A stretch of DNA of 64,000 nucleotides. Source: Raja brachyura (lineage: Eukaryota). Positions 13,801-26,300 of this stretch are shown piece after piece. Under the pieces are notes generated by a model. The model did not search any database, was not told where the DNA came from, and worked only from the letters and a program-made list of their open reading frames with translations. The stretch spans positions 11,780,001-11,844,000 of the forward strand of contig OY740808.1 of the NCBI GenBank assembly GCA_963514005.1, read 5' to 3'. Positions within the stretch are counted from its first letter, which is position 1; the number at the start of each line of letters is the position of its first letter. Position numbers and translations under genes: made by a program.

Positions 13801-15202
13801 CAATATTGACAAATATTTAACAATATTGACAAATTCGCCTTTAACAAAGTCACGCTAGTTCTCTTATATGATGTCAAAATGGTGTTAATGCTGATTAATA
13901 TATTCCCTAATTATTATTTATTTCCCCTCCTTGTGGGAATGTACTGAAAATATCTACTACTTAAAGGTCATCCACAGTTCCATTACAGTGTTATATATCA
14001 ATATCTTGTTCCATTTGTTTTCCTGCTCTGGTTCCATTTAAGTTGGCTCTTGTGCAATTTATGTATTAGAATGTAGAATAGTACAGCTCTGGAACAGGCC
14101 CTTTAGCCCATAATGTCTGTGCCGAACATGATGCCAAGATAAACTAAGCACATCTGCCTGCATTTGAACCACATTCCTCCATTCTCTGCATATCCATGTG
14201 CCTGTGTAAAAACTTTGTAAATGCCACTATCATATCTGCCTCCAGCATCACCCTAGCAGCAGGTTTCAGACACCCACCACCCTCTGTGTAAACAGCTTGC
14301 CCTGCGCATCTCCTTTACACTTTGCCCCTCTCACCTTAAAACCATGATTTTTCCAATGATTTATTACCCACTGCAAGAAGATATTCTCTACATCTCCCTT
14401 TTAAATGATTGTCCCCTTATCTGGAAACTATATTCCCCTGTTTGAGATTAACCCACTAGTGAAAACACCTTGACATCTACTCAGTCATACCCTCTTAGGA
14501 CCTTGTTCGTTTTCATAACATCACCCCTCTTTCTTTTAAACTCCAAAGAATGCAGGCCCCAAATATTTAACCATTATTGATGCAAAATCTCCTCATCCCA
14601 GGAATTGGCCTGCTGAATTTCTTTTGAACTGCCTCTCATCCCACTATATTATTTCTAATGGGGCCATTGTTGTATGTAGAATTCCGGATGTGGCCTTTAC
14701 AGTTGCAACAATACCTTCCTATTTCTGAACTCCACCTTCTCTGCAATAAGGCCAATGTGCCATTTGATGAACAACTTGCTCCACCTGCCTGCTAACATTT
14801 TGTAATCAATGCATAAGAAGACTTAGATCCCTTTGTATTTCAATCATTTACAGTTTCTTTCCATTTAGATAACCTGCCTTTTGATTCCTCTTTATAAAGT
14901 ACACAACCTCACACTTTCCGTATTAAACTCCATTTGGCAGTTTTCTGTCCACTTACTCAATTTAACCATATCTCATTGAAATGTTATGATATCCTCTTTA
15001 CAACTTGCCTTAGGAGCAAATATATGGGTAAATCGCGCACTGTTATGACTTGAGATTTATCAGTGCTACAAGACTTGTTTGTGAACTTCATTTTTAAAGT
15101 AGCTACATTCTGAAATTGATTGTTGGCATTGAACTATGTTTCGAGTGTTTTGTAGTTTGTTGCAGTCCTGTGTAATGCTGACCAGTTTGGTCTCCTTTTC
15201 AG

Positions 15203-15350
15203 TCCTGCATCTGCTGCGTCTCCAGTGGGTGGGCTTACCTCTCAGCGCGGCACTCCAAACCAACAACAGGCGCGCATATCTGCATCCTCAGCAACTCGTG
15301 AACTTGATGAATTAATGGAATCACTCTCTGAGTTCAAGGTTCATGGCAAT
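15203..15350 (+). CDS. PXN: Paxillin exon 6 (LD4)
   Basis: QQQARISASSATRELDELMESLSEFKVHGN, donor AAT|GTGAGT; in-frame alternative donor AAG|GTTCAT after 15338. Confidence 0.94.
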
Positions 15351-16334
15351 GTGAGTGCAATCAGATTTTTGCCTTTTTCTGAGCCCATTAATTGAAATCA
15401 CGAGCCCGATGAAAGCATTTGCCTCATTGGCAACTCCTATGAATTTATCTATGCTGCTAAGGTGGTGTAACAAGCAGGAAATGTTACTTGTCAAAGAAAT
15501 GGGAAAGTGGTCAGGAAAATAATCTTGGAGAAAATATCTTAAATTAGTCTTATGTGGTTATTTACTGAAGCAAAGTGTTACTAAAATACGATACGAAAAA
15601 TGCACCATCTAGATCTCCCTGTTGGAAAATAGGAATATTTTACCTTCCTATGAAGAGAATATGTTGGATGCAAAAGCTTCATATAATTACTCATTGTGTA
15701 TAACTGTTCGCATTGGAAAAGTAGCCAATGTATTGGGTTTTGTTACTATCTTTATATCAGTGCTTTTCAAGATTACTATCTGGCTTGAAATCAGTTGAAC
15801 TATTAAAGGTATTTGTATGGGAAATCGTGCTGTACTTTTTGCACAGATCACTTTTTTTAGATAACGGGGGTAACACAGGTGAGCAAATAGTAAAGAGGGA
15901 TACCAATAATGCAAATACAGATTGGATGGAAAATGCATATCAATCGATGTAAACTTTTGATGTGAGATAAATATACTTGTGACATTGGAGTTGTGTGTTG
16001 TAGCATGGGATGTGAGCCGTGGGGAAAACAGACATACAGTGATCATGTATGAGATATTGATTAACCACATGTTATTGCCAGTTTGGATGGAATGGGATAG
16101 CGTTGGGTGTTGGAGGAATGAATACATGCGAGTAGCTGAGAATCCTGTGCAGGATGGATGATGTATATTAGAGATATTTGGTTGTTGGTCAGGCAAGGCA
16201 GGGATATTGAATAATAAGATAAATGGAATTGGTATGAAACTGAAATAAATAATTTAAATCTTTCTTTATTTCCTACCTTATTTGTTTTTATCATTTTTTC
16301 TATTCTTTCTGTCACTTTCCCTTCCTCAATTTAG

Positions 16335-17306
16335 GCTGGTACTATAAGTCCTATAAGTTTTGAATCAGATGAAAAGCAGAAAACATCTACTCCAAATACT
16401 CTGCTAGTGTCTGTTCTTACTCAATCTCCCATATCTCCATCAACATCTCAGATGCTCTTATCTGTGCCTTACAATTCCCAGATTATTCCTAAAGGTACAG
16501 GCTTACCCTCTCCACTACCAAGAACCCCCAGTCCTCTGGAATTGCTGCACATTGACGAGGAGTCTGGTACAGCACAACCATATCTATCTGCATTATCTAA
16601 CCTTGCAAATTCATCACTTCACCATCCAGTGGTGCATCCATCTGTCAATGTAAATTCGAAACTAGACACCAATGTTCCTCTGGCAGGAATGTCACCCTAT
16701 TTTAAATCTCCAGAGCCATATATCACCACGCTCAGGGACGTGCAGAAAACTGGAAATAAAAAAGAATCTATTGACAGTGAAATGCTGTCAAATGCTTTAA
16801 ATACTGCAAAAAAAGATTCTGAATCCGCACTGACCTCAAGTCGTGGATGGGAGGATGTTGATAAATCCCTGATTACAGACTTTTCTGGGATCAATGAAGC
16901 CTTAGATAAGTTGCTGTCCTTTTACCCTGAGGCTGAGCTAGTTGAGCACCTGGACACCAAGCAACATGTCCTTGAATCAAAAGTGGAGAAACCATCAGTG
17001 TGTTTTCCTACGACAGAGTTTTCTTCCTTGCAATTGGAAACAAATGAGAAACGGAATATTAAACAAGCAGCCAAGCCTCGGGGAGAAAATTCAACAGAAT
17101 TATCTAGTCCAAAGAAGATGCATGAAAAAGCAGCGCAACTAACAACACAGCAGCAGAAAGAACAAGGCAAGGAAATGGCAGTGGAACAAAATAAAGTGAA
17201 CAGTTGTTACAAATATCATCAAACAAACGAGAAAGCAGAAGAAGAGAAGTTTGATTTGCCTCCAGTTCAAATACTCACAGGGGAACGGATTTCTGCCTCT
17301 CGTCAG
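16335..17306 (+). CDS. PXN: Paxillin large alternative exon A (972 nt, 324 codons)
   Basis: Long pyrimidine tract + ttag|GCT, open frame continuous with ORF 16407-17333; ends GERISASRQ, resembling my recollection of TERISTSGQ in long human PXN isoforms; putative donor CAG|GCACGC. Confidence 0.75.
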
Positions 17307-18232
17307 GCACGCAGAATGTTGAATGCTTTGTAGAGATTTGCTGCATGAACACCTTTGCATGGTCGGGAGAGCAATAAATACAACGTTTAAAATACTGTTG
17401 CCAGCTTTATACATCTAACAATACCCATTTTATTGGCATTATTGGTAGATATTTTGTGGAAGTGGCGGTGTGATGAACACTGAAGTGATTGCAGTACTTT
17501 CTAATCTCATTAATAACGCGAAGTCTCTTGACACTGACACTTTTAATTATTCTTGGCACTCGGACATATGGTTCAAAAGGCAGAAAAAGCATTTCTCAGT
17601 GCAAGTTAAATTATTTGGCACCATTTGATTGTAATTATGCACTTTATGGGAAGCAGGCAAATAATAAACCTTGTATAATGCACAAGATCTGACCTCAGGA
17701 GGCCCATTGACATCATGCCAGAGATCACTTTGATATGCCATTGGCTCCCCTCAAATTGCATCTTTTGGATTTTGTTTCCAAGCCAGTATGTTGTGGAAAT
17801 CATAACATCCTAGCCTTTAACAGGATTTGATTAGAATGGTAAAACATAAAGTGCTGAAGGAGTTCAGTGGCTCAGGCAGCACCTACGGAGGGAATGGACA
17901 GACGGCAGTTTGGGTCAGGAACGTCTTCAGATCTTTCTTGATTAGAAGGGTTGTCATTATATTAAGAGAAATGGAAGAGTTACACCATAAGAGCCTTTTT
18001 GCCTGGGCCTTAATACCTTCATAGCTGTCTCACGTTTATGTGCAGTAACACTAAAAAAATGTGCACTTTTGTGTGACACTTGTATAGGATCGTACATGGA
18101 AATTTTCCAATTTAACTTGAGACTGCATGATAACTGATTTGTTGAGGGAAATTACTGCATGTGAAAGGTGTATGTGCTTCTTGTTTGCTCTCAGATCTGT
18201 GGTTTCACTATGCAATCTTCCCTGTGGTGCAG

Positions 18233-18496
18233 ATGAAATCTCTTATTAAGAGGACAAAGCATTCTATGAACGTGCACCCGATGTACCGTGAGGACTTACC
18301 ACGGCGAAAGTTTGGACCCGTCATATTTAACAAAAACGTGTCACAAGATAGACTTATTGAAGAACTGCACAGCAAGCTAGGAATTGAGAAGAAGGAGCCC
18401 AAGAATAAAAAAGTAGATGACTGGCTGACAGAGGGGTTGATCATCACCTCAATGCCTGTCAGGAAACATCAGGAAGGAGGTCATATTGTTGAGAAG
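18233..18496 (+). CDS. PXN: Paxillin alternative exon B (88 codons)
   Basis: gcag|ATG AAA...SQDRLIEELHSKLG...DWLTEGLIITSMP...IVEK|GTAGCT; phase 0-0; resembles DWLTEGVIIT...LVEK of long human isoforms (recalled). Confidence 0.85.
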
Positions 18497-19490
18497 GTAG
18501 CTAGGGGAAAGCATGAACTGTTGTTACAAAGAATTGCATGAAGATTTGATGCAGAAAGAAAACCTATCTTAATACCTACTGCATGGATTGTTTAACACTT
18601 TTTTATGACTGATCTTTAGGTTCAGTTGGCAATGCTCTAGCTTGTACAGGAATGAGCCCATTGCAATTGAGCTGAGATAATGGCTACTATGTGATTATTT
18701 GCTTCAGAAAGATAGAAAGTAGAGAATGTTGTGCTTGATTTGATGATAATCATGCTGTGTCATTGTAGCTACACTTGGATTGTGTTGTAGTGCTCACCCA
18801 TGGATGTATGTAGACTGCAGTTGGGGCGAATTGCAGATGTTTCACGTCACTTTGTGTTTCTCATTGCTCTCACGAGTTTAAGTTTCTCATTTTGCAAAAG
18901 TGCATAACAAGTTTTGGAGCATGTTTTTAGGGGATTGTGACACTTTGTGATATGTTGTGGGTTTGCTTAAAGGTTGTCCAGTTTATTTGTATTGTTGCGT
19001 GGTCTGCATGCATATCTCAATTATTTTGTTATTGTGGAGACATTAGCTCTGCGTAATCGTTTGCAGCTAATGTCCACATATTGGATATATGTGGCATAAA
19101 ATTGGTGATTATGCATTCATCATTTTCCATAGTAATAATTAGATTTTAAGTTGTGTTCTGTCAATCTATGACATGCCAAGGTTTTGCCATTGGCTGGAAA
19201 GCTAAAACTAACCTTTGTTTGCAAATGATGCAGCCAAATGGTCCATACGATCTGACTGCCCTTGCGCTATCAATTATAACTTGTGTTTGAAGATTGCACT
19301 AAGCTTTAAGATTTATCTGATTGTACATTGCACATTCCTTGAGTGATGCTGAGCTCTGATTTTCCCCCCCCCCATCAAACCGTTTGCCCAATAGCTTAAA
19401 GCATGATGCACTTTGGCCTGTACAAATAAAAAAATATCCCTTAAGTATGTCAGCTTCTTAAAACTAAAGCTGCTGTATGTTTCTCTCCAG

Positions 19491-20105
19491 ATAATAATCA
19501 CTCCAGAACCTCCTTCATCACCCTGTTCTCTTTCACCCTCACCCCCTATAAAACTGTGCCAAGAACAACAAAAAAATGGACTGATAGAAGTCACGCTCAC
19601 ACCACCTCCACCTGAGCGTTTCCCACACTCACTTCCTGTACCTTCTCCACCTCCCCTTCCTTTGCCTTTCCCACCTCCTCTCCCTGAACCTTCCCCAGCC
19701 CCTCTCTCTAAGCCTTCTCTGCCGCCTCTCCCTGAGCCTTCCCTCCCTCCTCTCCCTCCACCTTCCCCACCACCTCTACTTCGGCGCTCCTCATCAACTG
19801 CTTCCTCCCCATTATCTTCCATTCGCCTAGGATCTCATTCTGCACCTCAGTGGAATATTTCATCTGATATAAATGAAAAACTGCCTGTCCTTCCAAGAGC
19901 AGTTTTTGCCCCTGTGACCCCATTAGAATACACTTCGCTACCAGAACACCATCCACGTTCCTCCTCTCTACCTGTCGTACAGACCACTGTTGTACCAGCT
20001 AAGCCTCTGCCATCTCTATCTGCATCTCCCAGAGTCATGATGTCAATAGCTTGTCAAACCGATGGTGAAGTCAGTGATGAAGGCACTCTACTTGTTCGAT
20101 CACAG
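19491..20105 (+). CDS. PXN: Paxillin alternative exon C (Pro-rich)
   Basis: ctccag|ATA ATA ATC..., polyproline runs, MMSIACQTD; donor either GAA|GTCAGT (after 20069) or CAG|GCATGG (after 20105), both phase 0. Confidence 0.78.
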
Positions 20106-23100
20106 GCATGGAGTATTCTATCTTTAATATTTATAATTTTTGAAATCTATTTCATTTATAAAATAATCCTGAAGTTTCAGCTTCACTTTCATATCCTTTG
20201 TGTACTTTGCTCAGTTTGGAACTACGTAATCTTTTTTAATAAGAAAATACTTGTAAGTATCCTGACATGCAGAATTGTTGCAGAAGAACATTTCTCCATG
20301 TTTAACTATAATTCCAGCATGAAACTATTGACCTGTTTTGATGTTCACTTGCCACTATTATGCAGATCACCATGGATTATGATGACTGCAGTGGCAAGTG
20401 CAATTAAACTTGACTGTTGGCAGGAAATGTACATATTGCTTATGTGTAAAAGGGAGTTGGCTGCTTTCAGTCAATATGTGCCAATAAAGAGTTATAGTTA
20501 TATATATTTTTGAAGGTCAGAATAGAATTTGCTTGAGTTGGATTCCTTGATTGCCCAATAAATTGCATCGTATTACATAGTAATATACTCGCAACAATGA
20601 GAGGCCCAGATGTGATCCTTGAGTTTCTGATTTACATCTATGTATTAGATTCAAATGTAAGTCAACTTTGAAGTTATTTCACTAGGTATTAATTTAAGAT
20701 GTTACATGAAAGTACATATTGGCTCTAATAATCTTTAACTATAAGTGTCAGTTAGTAAAGGCACAGCTGGTGGTAGTTATCAGATATAAGGGTCAATATC
20801 ATCATTTTTTAATAACAAATCTGTACGTTTGCCATCCCTGGGGAAAAAAGTACCCAGCATCTGAAATTAATGATTTGGTGCATGGAACAATTACATTAAA
20901 CATGTTTTTAATGCATTGAATACACTTAGTAGGGTACACTTAATATTGTTTTGTTTGATTTAAAATTACATTATCAAGCTATTTGTTTTATGAAGTACTT
21001 TCCTCACAATCTAACTGCCGCATGTTGATATTTAATACTGTAGATTTCTGTAAATGGGCGTATAGTTTTCTTCTCATAAGATCATATATCTGTACAGAGA
21101 AGTTGCGTGTTTGTTGCAATTTTCATTTTCTCTGAAGGTATGTGCAGTGCTTATCCGTCTTACAAGAAGTCAGGTACTCATTGTTCTCTGCATGCTGCTT
21201 CAGTTGTCATACTAAAGTCAGCTATTAGTACAGTAATAGCTGTATTATTACTTAATTTCTTGGATGTGGACCTTGTATAGTACAGTACTTAATTTCTTGG
21301 ATGTGGACCTGGCGATCAATAGAATGGACCATTCACAGTCTCAAACCTTTCTTCATTCATTTTGTTTACTGCTTGAAAACCATAATCTTTCCTATTTAAT
21401 ATTAAAAATGAACTTGAAATGTAAGACACAGCTGTGGTCCTATTTTTGGAACGTGCTTCAAGTTTTGGAAACCGGTATATGCCATAGAATGCCCTTGCAG
21501 ATTTATCTGCAAAAAGATGCAATGCAGATGTTGTTTGGAATGAAGCTTACAATGGTTACTGATTTGTTTTGAGTTACTATATCATAACTACCTGCCCAAT
21601 CAAATAACTATAAAAAATAAGTCATTATATGTGTAGGAAAGACCTGCAGTTGCTGGTTTAAATTGAAGATAGACACAAATGCGTGAGTAACTCAGCAGGT
21701 CAGGCAGCATCTCTTGAGAGAAGAAATGGGTGACGTTTCTGGTCGAAACCAATCTTTGGTCGCTCCAGTCTAAAAAAGGGCGCGACCCGAAACATCACCC
21801 ATTCTATCTCTCCAGAGATGCTGCTTGTCCTGCTGAGTTATTCCAGCATTTTGTGTCTAAATCATTACATGATAATTTAGTACATCTAGGTAATAGTCTG
21901 GGAGAGCACTCATTGAATAAATAATTCTGAAGGGCAGAAGGAGAGAGGTGATCACATTCCTAAGCGCAGCATGCATTGGATGCAGATTTTTTACAGTTTT
22001 ATCCCATGCATGAAGTTGTTATTTTGGGTTTTGTTTTGTATCTATATATTATACTTGATTTATTAAAAGATATTGAGGAAATTATTTTGCTTTTCTTGTA
22101 GGTTGATTTGAGATCAGCCAGAAATTAGATGTGTACTACTTCAGAAGCTATGGTATTTTTATACCAACAGCAGAAAATCCTTAAAATATAATATTATTTA
22201 AAGATAAAATAATGTTAACTTTGAAGTATCATATTGGTAGCATCAAATTACTTGAAAGCTTTTGAAGATTATTGGGAAAATGGAATGATTAGGAATGGAA
22301 TGAGTGGCAACCTGTGTGAGTTACAAATTTCAAATGAGCAGAGGTTAGAAGGTTAAAGTTGAGAAAGATGGTGGTAGCTGAGCAGGAGAAGTAGGATGTA
22401 CAAAACCTAACAAAAAGATGAGAATTTGATCATTATATTGTGGGGTTTGTTTCTTTCTGATTCCATCCACAGTAAGAATGAACCATGTTGAAATATGTAC
22501 ACGGCATGGTATTTAATTCTCTGTGAACCAAATTTGTGTGTTTCAAGTACCGAACTGGCAAAGTCATCAGCATGGAACAAACTCAGTCTTAAGCTGCATT
22601 TCAGTGAGGTCACGTGACTGTACAGCTGGTGGTTGGACATATAGCCCACGGGTGCTAATGACGTGTCTGTTCAACCAAAGAATTAATCATTAAAATGTGC
22701 TGAATGTTAACCGGTGTGGGATGCTGGTTAATTTATCCGTCGCAAGCCCAAGCAAAGAGAATGCCGTTTTTAAAAATGTTAAAAATCTTTGTCACTGCAA
22801 CTGCAATTGGAAATGTTAAATACTACCAACAAAGAACTAATTACCTTTACTTTGATAATCTTGGTTAACATATAAAAACTAATTTTTCAGTTAATTCGGA
22901 GCTACATGGGAGGATGTTATACGATTTCCTTGTATTGTAGAGTCTCGACCCGAAACATCACACATTCTTTCTCTCCAGAGATGCTGCCTGTTACTCCAGT
23001 TTTTTGTATCTATCTTTGGTTTAAACCAGCATCTGCAGTTCCTTCTTACACATTCCTTGTATTATAGATGTGCTAGTTCCCTTCAATATGTTTTGCATGT

Positions 23101-23197
23101 TTGATTTTTTTTTTTTTACTCTACCTGTTTCTACAGTTTTCTCAAACTTTTTTCATTCTGTTTATTACATTTGTCTCTCCTGTTGAATCATTTTTAG

Positions 23198-23347
23198 CCA
23201 ATCAGCCCAGGTCGTGCTACCAAACTGCTGGGTTCCCCATTGCATAAAGGAGATCATCTGGAACTGGTAGATCCATTTGCCCTTCCCCCACTGCCGTGCC
23301 CACTCCCTCCTTCATTTTATGGACAACAACAAAAACCAAAACCAAAT
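23198..23347 (+). CDS. PXN: Candidate paxillin alternative exon D (50 codons)
   Basis: tttttag|CCA ATC AGC CCA...CCA AAT|GTGTGT; stop-free, phase 0-0, PISPGRATKLLGSPLHKGDHLELVDPFALPPLPCPLPPSFYGQQQKPKPN. Confidence 0.6.
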
Positions 23348-26300
23348 GTGTGTATACGAATGAACGAATGTTTCAAATTGAAACAGTAAATGAAAGCTGT
23401 TATCCACAAAGTTTAATATTTCATATGTTCGCTACGATTAACTTTTTTAAGTAATAGACTGATAATAATAGTAATTACATAAGTGTGGTGTGGTAATCTG
23501 TAATTTTCTTTGTTCTCAATTGTTAATACTGTGTGATTTTAGGAGAAAAAAATTGGGTTAGATATTATGGATGTCAAGTAAATGAATCATAATTAAGTTT
23601 TTATTATTTTGCCCTACAGTAATCTAATTACAAGTATTTTGTTTGGTTGTAGTAGGGTAACTTGAATTTTTCTATTCTATAATAGTTTCTTAATTTATTT
23701 CTAACAAAATGAAGCAAAACAAAGAAAGCATGCCAGCCCTTCAAACTTACTCCACCATTTAATGAGATCAGCATCTGACCTTTACCCTCAATTCCACTTT
23801 GCTGTCCCAGTCTCTCAATATTCAATTCTCCCAGTAGACCAGAAATATTTTTACCCCTTGAATGTACATAATAATTTGGCATCCACAACTCTCTAGAGAA
23901 TTACAAAGATGTGCAGCCCTTTGAGAATCAACACCGTAACTCTGAGGTTGCACAAATTGGTTCTGAAGTACCCTCACCATTAGAACATCCCCGCAATTCC
24001 TATCCTAAATAGTTTCCTCAGAATAATTTATTATATGAAATTGCTGCTTATTCTTCTAGCAAGCAAAATAACCCCAGATTTCTCTGAACACCAACATTTA
24101 ATAAGCTTGCACAGTTAAATAATACCATACTTTTTCATTCATATTACCAAAGTGCATTACTTCGCAGTTCACACATACACGTGTTCACTTCATTTGCCAT
24201 TATTCTGCCTGGTCACTTGCCTATCTATATTCCTTTTGAAAACTGGGTAATTCCTCAAAGTGAAAAATTGCAATTGTTTATTTAAGATATGGCTCTGGCA
24301 GTGATTCCTGAGGCTTCATACTAGCCAAAGTTCGCGAGCTTGAAGATACCCTCCCTAACTTTACCCTGAATCCCACAAGCCCCATATCATGTGCAATAAT
24401 CTTGTAAATTATACCATGAAATACGCATTGGAAACTCAAATAAAGGGCATTCACTGATTGCTCTTTATTTATCCTACTGGTTACATTCTCAAATAAATTG
24501 AATTAATATATCAAATATGATTTATCCTTCATAAAAACGTGTGCTTTTAGAAGTACGTTGTTATTACTACTTAAAAGGTAGATTCCAGTATTTGCTCATC
24601 AACTGGTTTTAATTAACTAGCATCTAGTTCCATATTTTCTCTCTCCCACTCATGAATAGTATTGTTACATTTGTTGTTATCCCTCTGCTGTGATCTTTTT
24701 AGAATGCTGGGAATATTGGAAGATTACAATCAGTGTGTCCATAATTTCCACAGTTCTTTTTCTTTTGAAGCATAGTGTCCAGAGGAAGCATCAGGTCCAG
24801 AGGATTGGTCAGGCTTTAGTGCTTCATCAGTGCTTCTTATCTTTGGTGATGTGAATTAGTTTAAGTTCATAACTCCCTTTTGTCTTTGATTACGTATGAT
24901 TAATAGTATGATTTTGATGTCTCCTACTGTGAAGGCAGACACAAGATTTGTTTAAATCTCAGCCATTTCCTTATTCCCCATTATTACTTTCCCTAACCAG
25001 TCAATTTGACTGCCATTCTCTTATTTTTTTATGTTGAAGCTCTTACTATCTGTTTTTGTAGTTCTTGCCACTTCGTTTTCTTCCTCTTAATTTATGTTGT
25101 GGCAATTTTTCTTTTTTTGGTTTCCAAGATTCACCCTCTCCTCGGGTCAATTGCTTGAACATAGAACAGCATGGGAACATGTCCCCCAGTCCATGATGTC
25201 TCTGCCGAATGAGATGTCAAATGAAGTAATGCCTGCACATGATCTATATCACTCCTTTCCCTGCACATTCATGCCTAAAAACTTCTTAAATGTCACTTCA
25301 AGCTGCTTCCATCACCAATCCTGGCAGGGCATTCCTGGCACCTGCCACTTTTTGTGTAAAACAAAAAAAAACATCCTGCAAAAAAACATCCTTTAATTTC
25401 TCCCTCTGACAAGTATATGCCCTTTAGTATTTGATATTCTACCCTGGATAAAAAAGATTCTGACTGTCTACCCCAGCTAAACCCCTCCTTAATTTATAAG
25501 CTTCTGTGAAGTCTCCTCTCGGCTTTTGTCCCTCCTGAGAAATCTATCCTCTCTTTATAGCTAACATCCTCCAATCCAGACAGCATCCTGCTAAACCTCT
25601 TCTGCGCCCTCGCTTAAGCCTCCACATCCTATCTGCAATGGGACATCCAGAACTGCACACAATATTTCAAATGCACCTAACCAAAATTTGATTATGCAGT
25701 AGCAAGAATTCCTAAATCTTTCTCCTACTACCCTCTATTTTCTATGACTATGCCAGGCCTGAATCCAAACCAACTTCATCTGGATCAGTCTACCATGAGG
25801 GACCTCTGTCAAATGCTTGACTGAATTACATGTACTGAAATACATGTAGAGAATATGATCCATTATCAACTTTGTTACCTGCTCAAAAAATTCATCAAGT
25901 TTCTCAGACATGATCTGATCCAGATAAGGTTTTGCTGACTGTTCCTAATTATCCCATTCTCTTCCAAGTGTGAATAAATCCTATCTCAAAGTATCCTCTT
26001 CAATGGCTTCGCAACTGTGATGTGAGACTCACTGGCCTATAATGATTGGTACCATAAAAAATAATGCACCAACGACTATTTTTAGTAGTTTAAAACTTGA
26101 GCAACTGAAGTTATCATTTACTAAACTGGAAAGATACAAGTATTTCCTTTATTTGTTTATTTAACTGGCATTTTACATCAATACGATGTCCAATTACTCA
26201 TCCGGTCATTGTCATCCACAACCACAACATTTGTCTACTTGATACATGTTTTTTTTAAATTGGAACTCTTGTGACTTTTTGTGTTCTAAGTTTTGTAAAA

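Noticed and set aside
10310-15010. Similar blocks at ~10500-11000 and ~14350-15000
   Set aside because: Both look like old minus-strand CR1 fragments of one family, not a functional duplication
19313-19822. Gly/Glu/Arg-rich minus-strand ORF
   Set aside because: Antisense shadow of the Pro-rich PXN exon
20106-20513. Hydrophobic, TM-like tail of the 366-aa ORF
   Set aside because: AT-rich intronic read-through beyond the donor; no independent support
21110-21145. Pyrimidine tract + AG|GTATGT (recursive splice-like site)
   Set aside because: Intron is short for recursive splicing; plausible by chance
21248-21310. Short tandem duplication tacttaatttcttggatgtggacct x2 (also 13801-13834)
   Set aside because: Two-copy slippage duplication, not a CRISPR-like array
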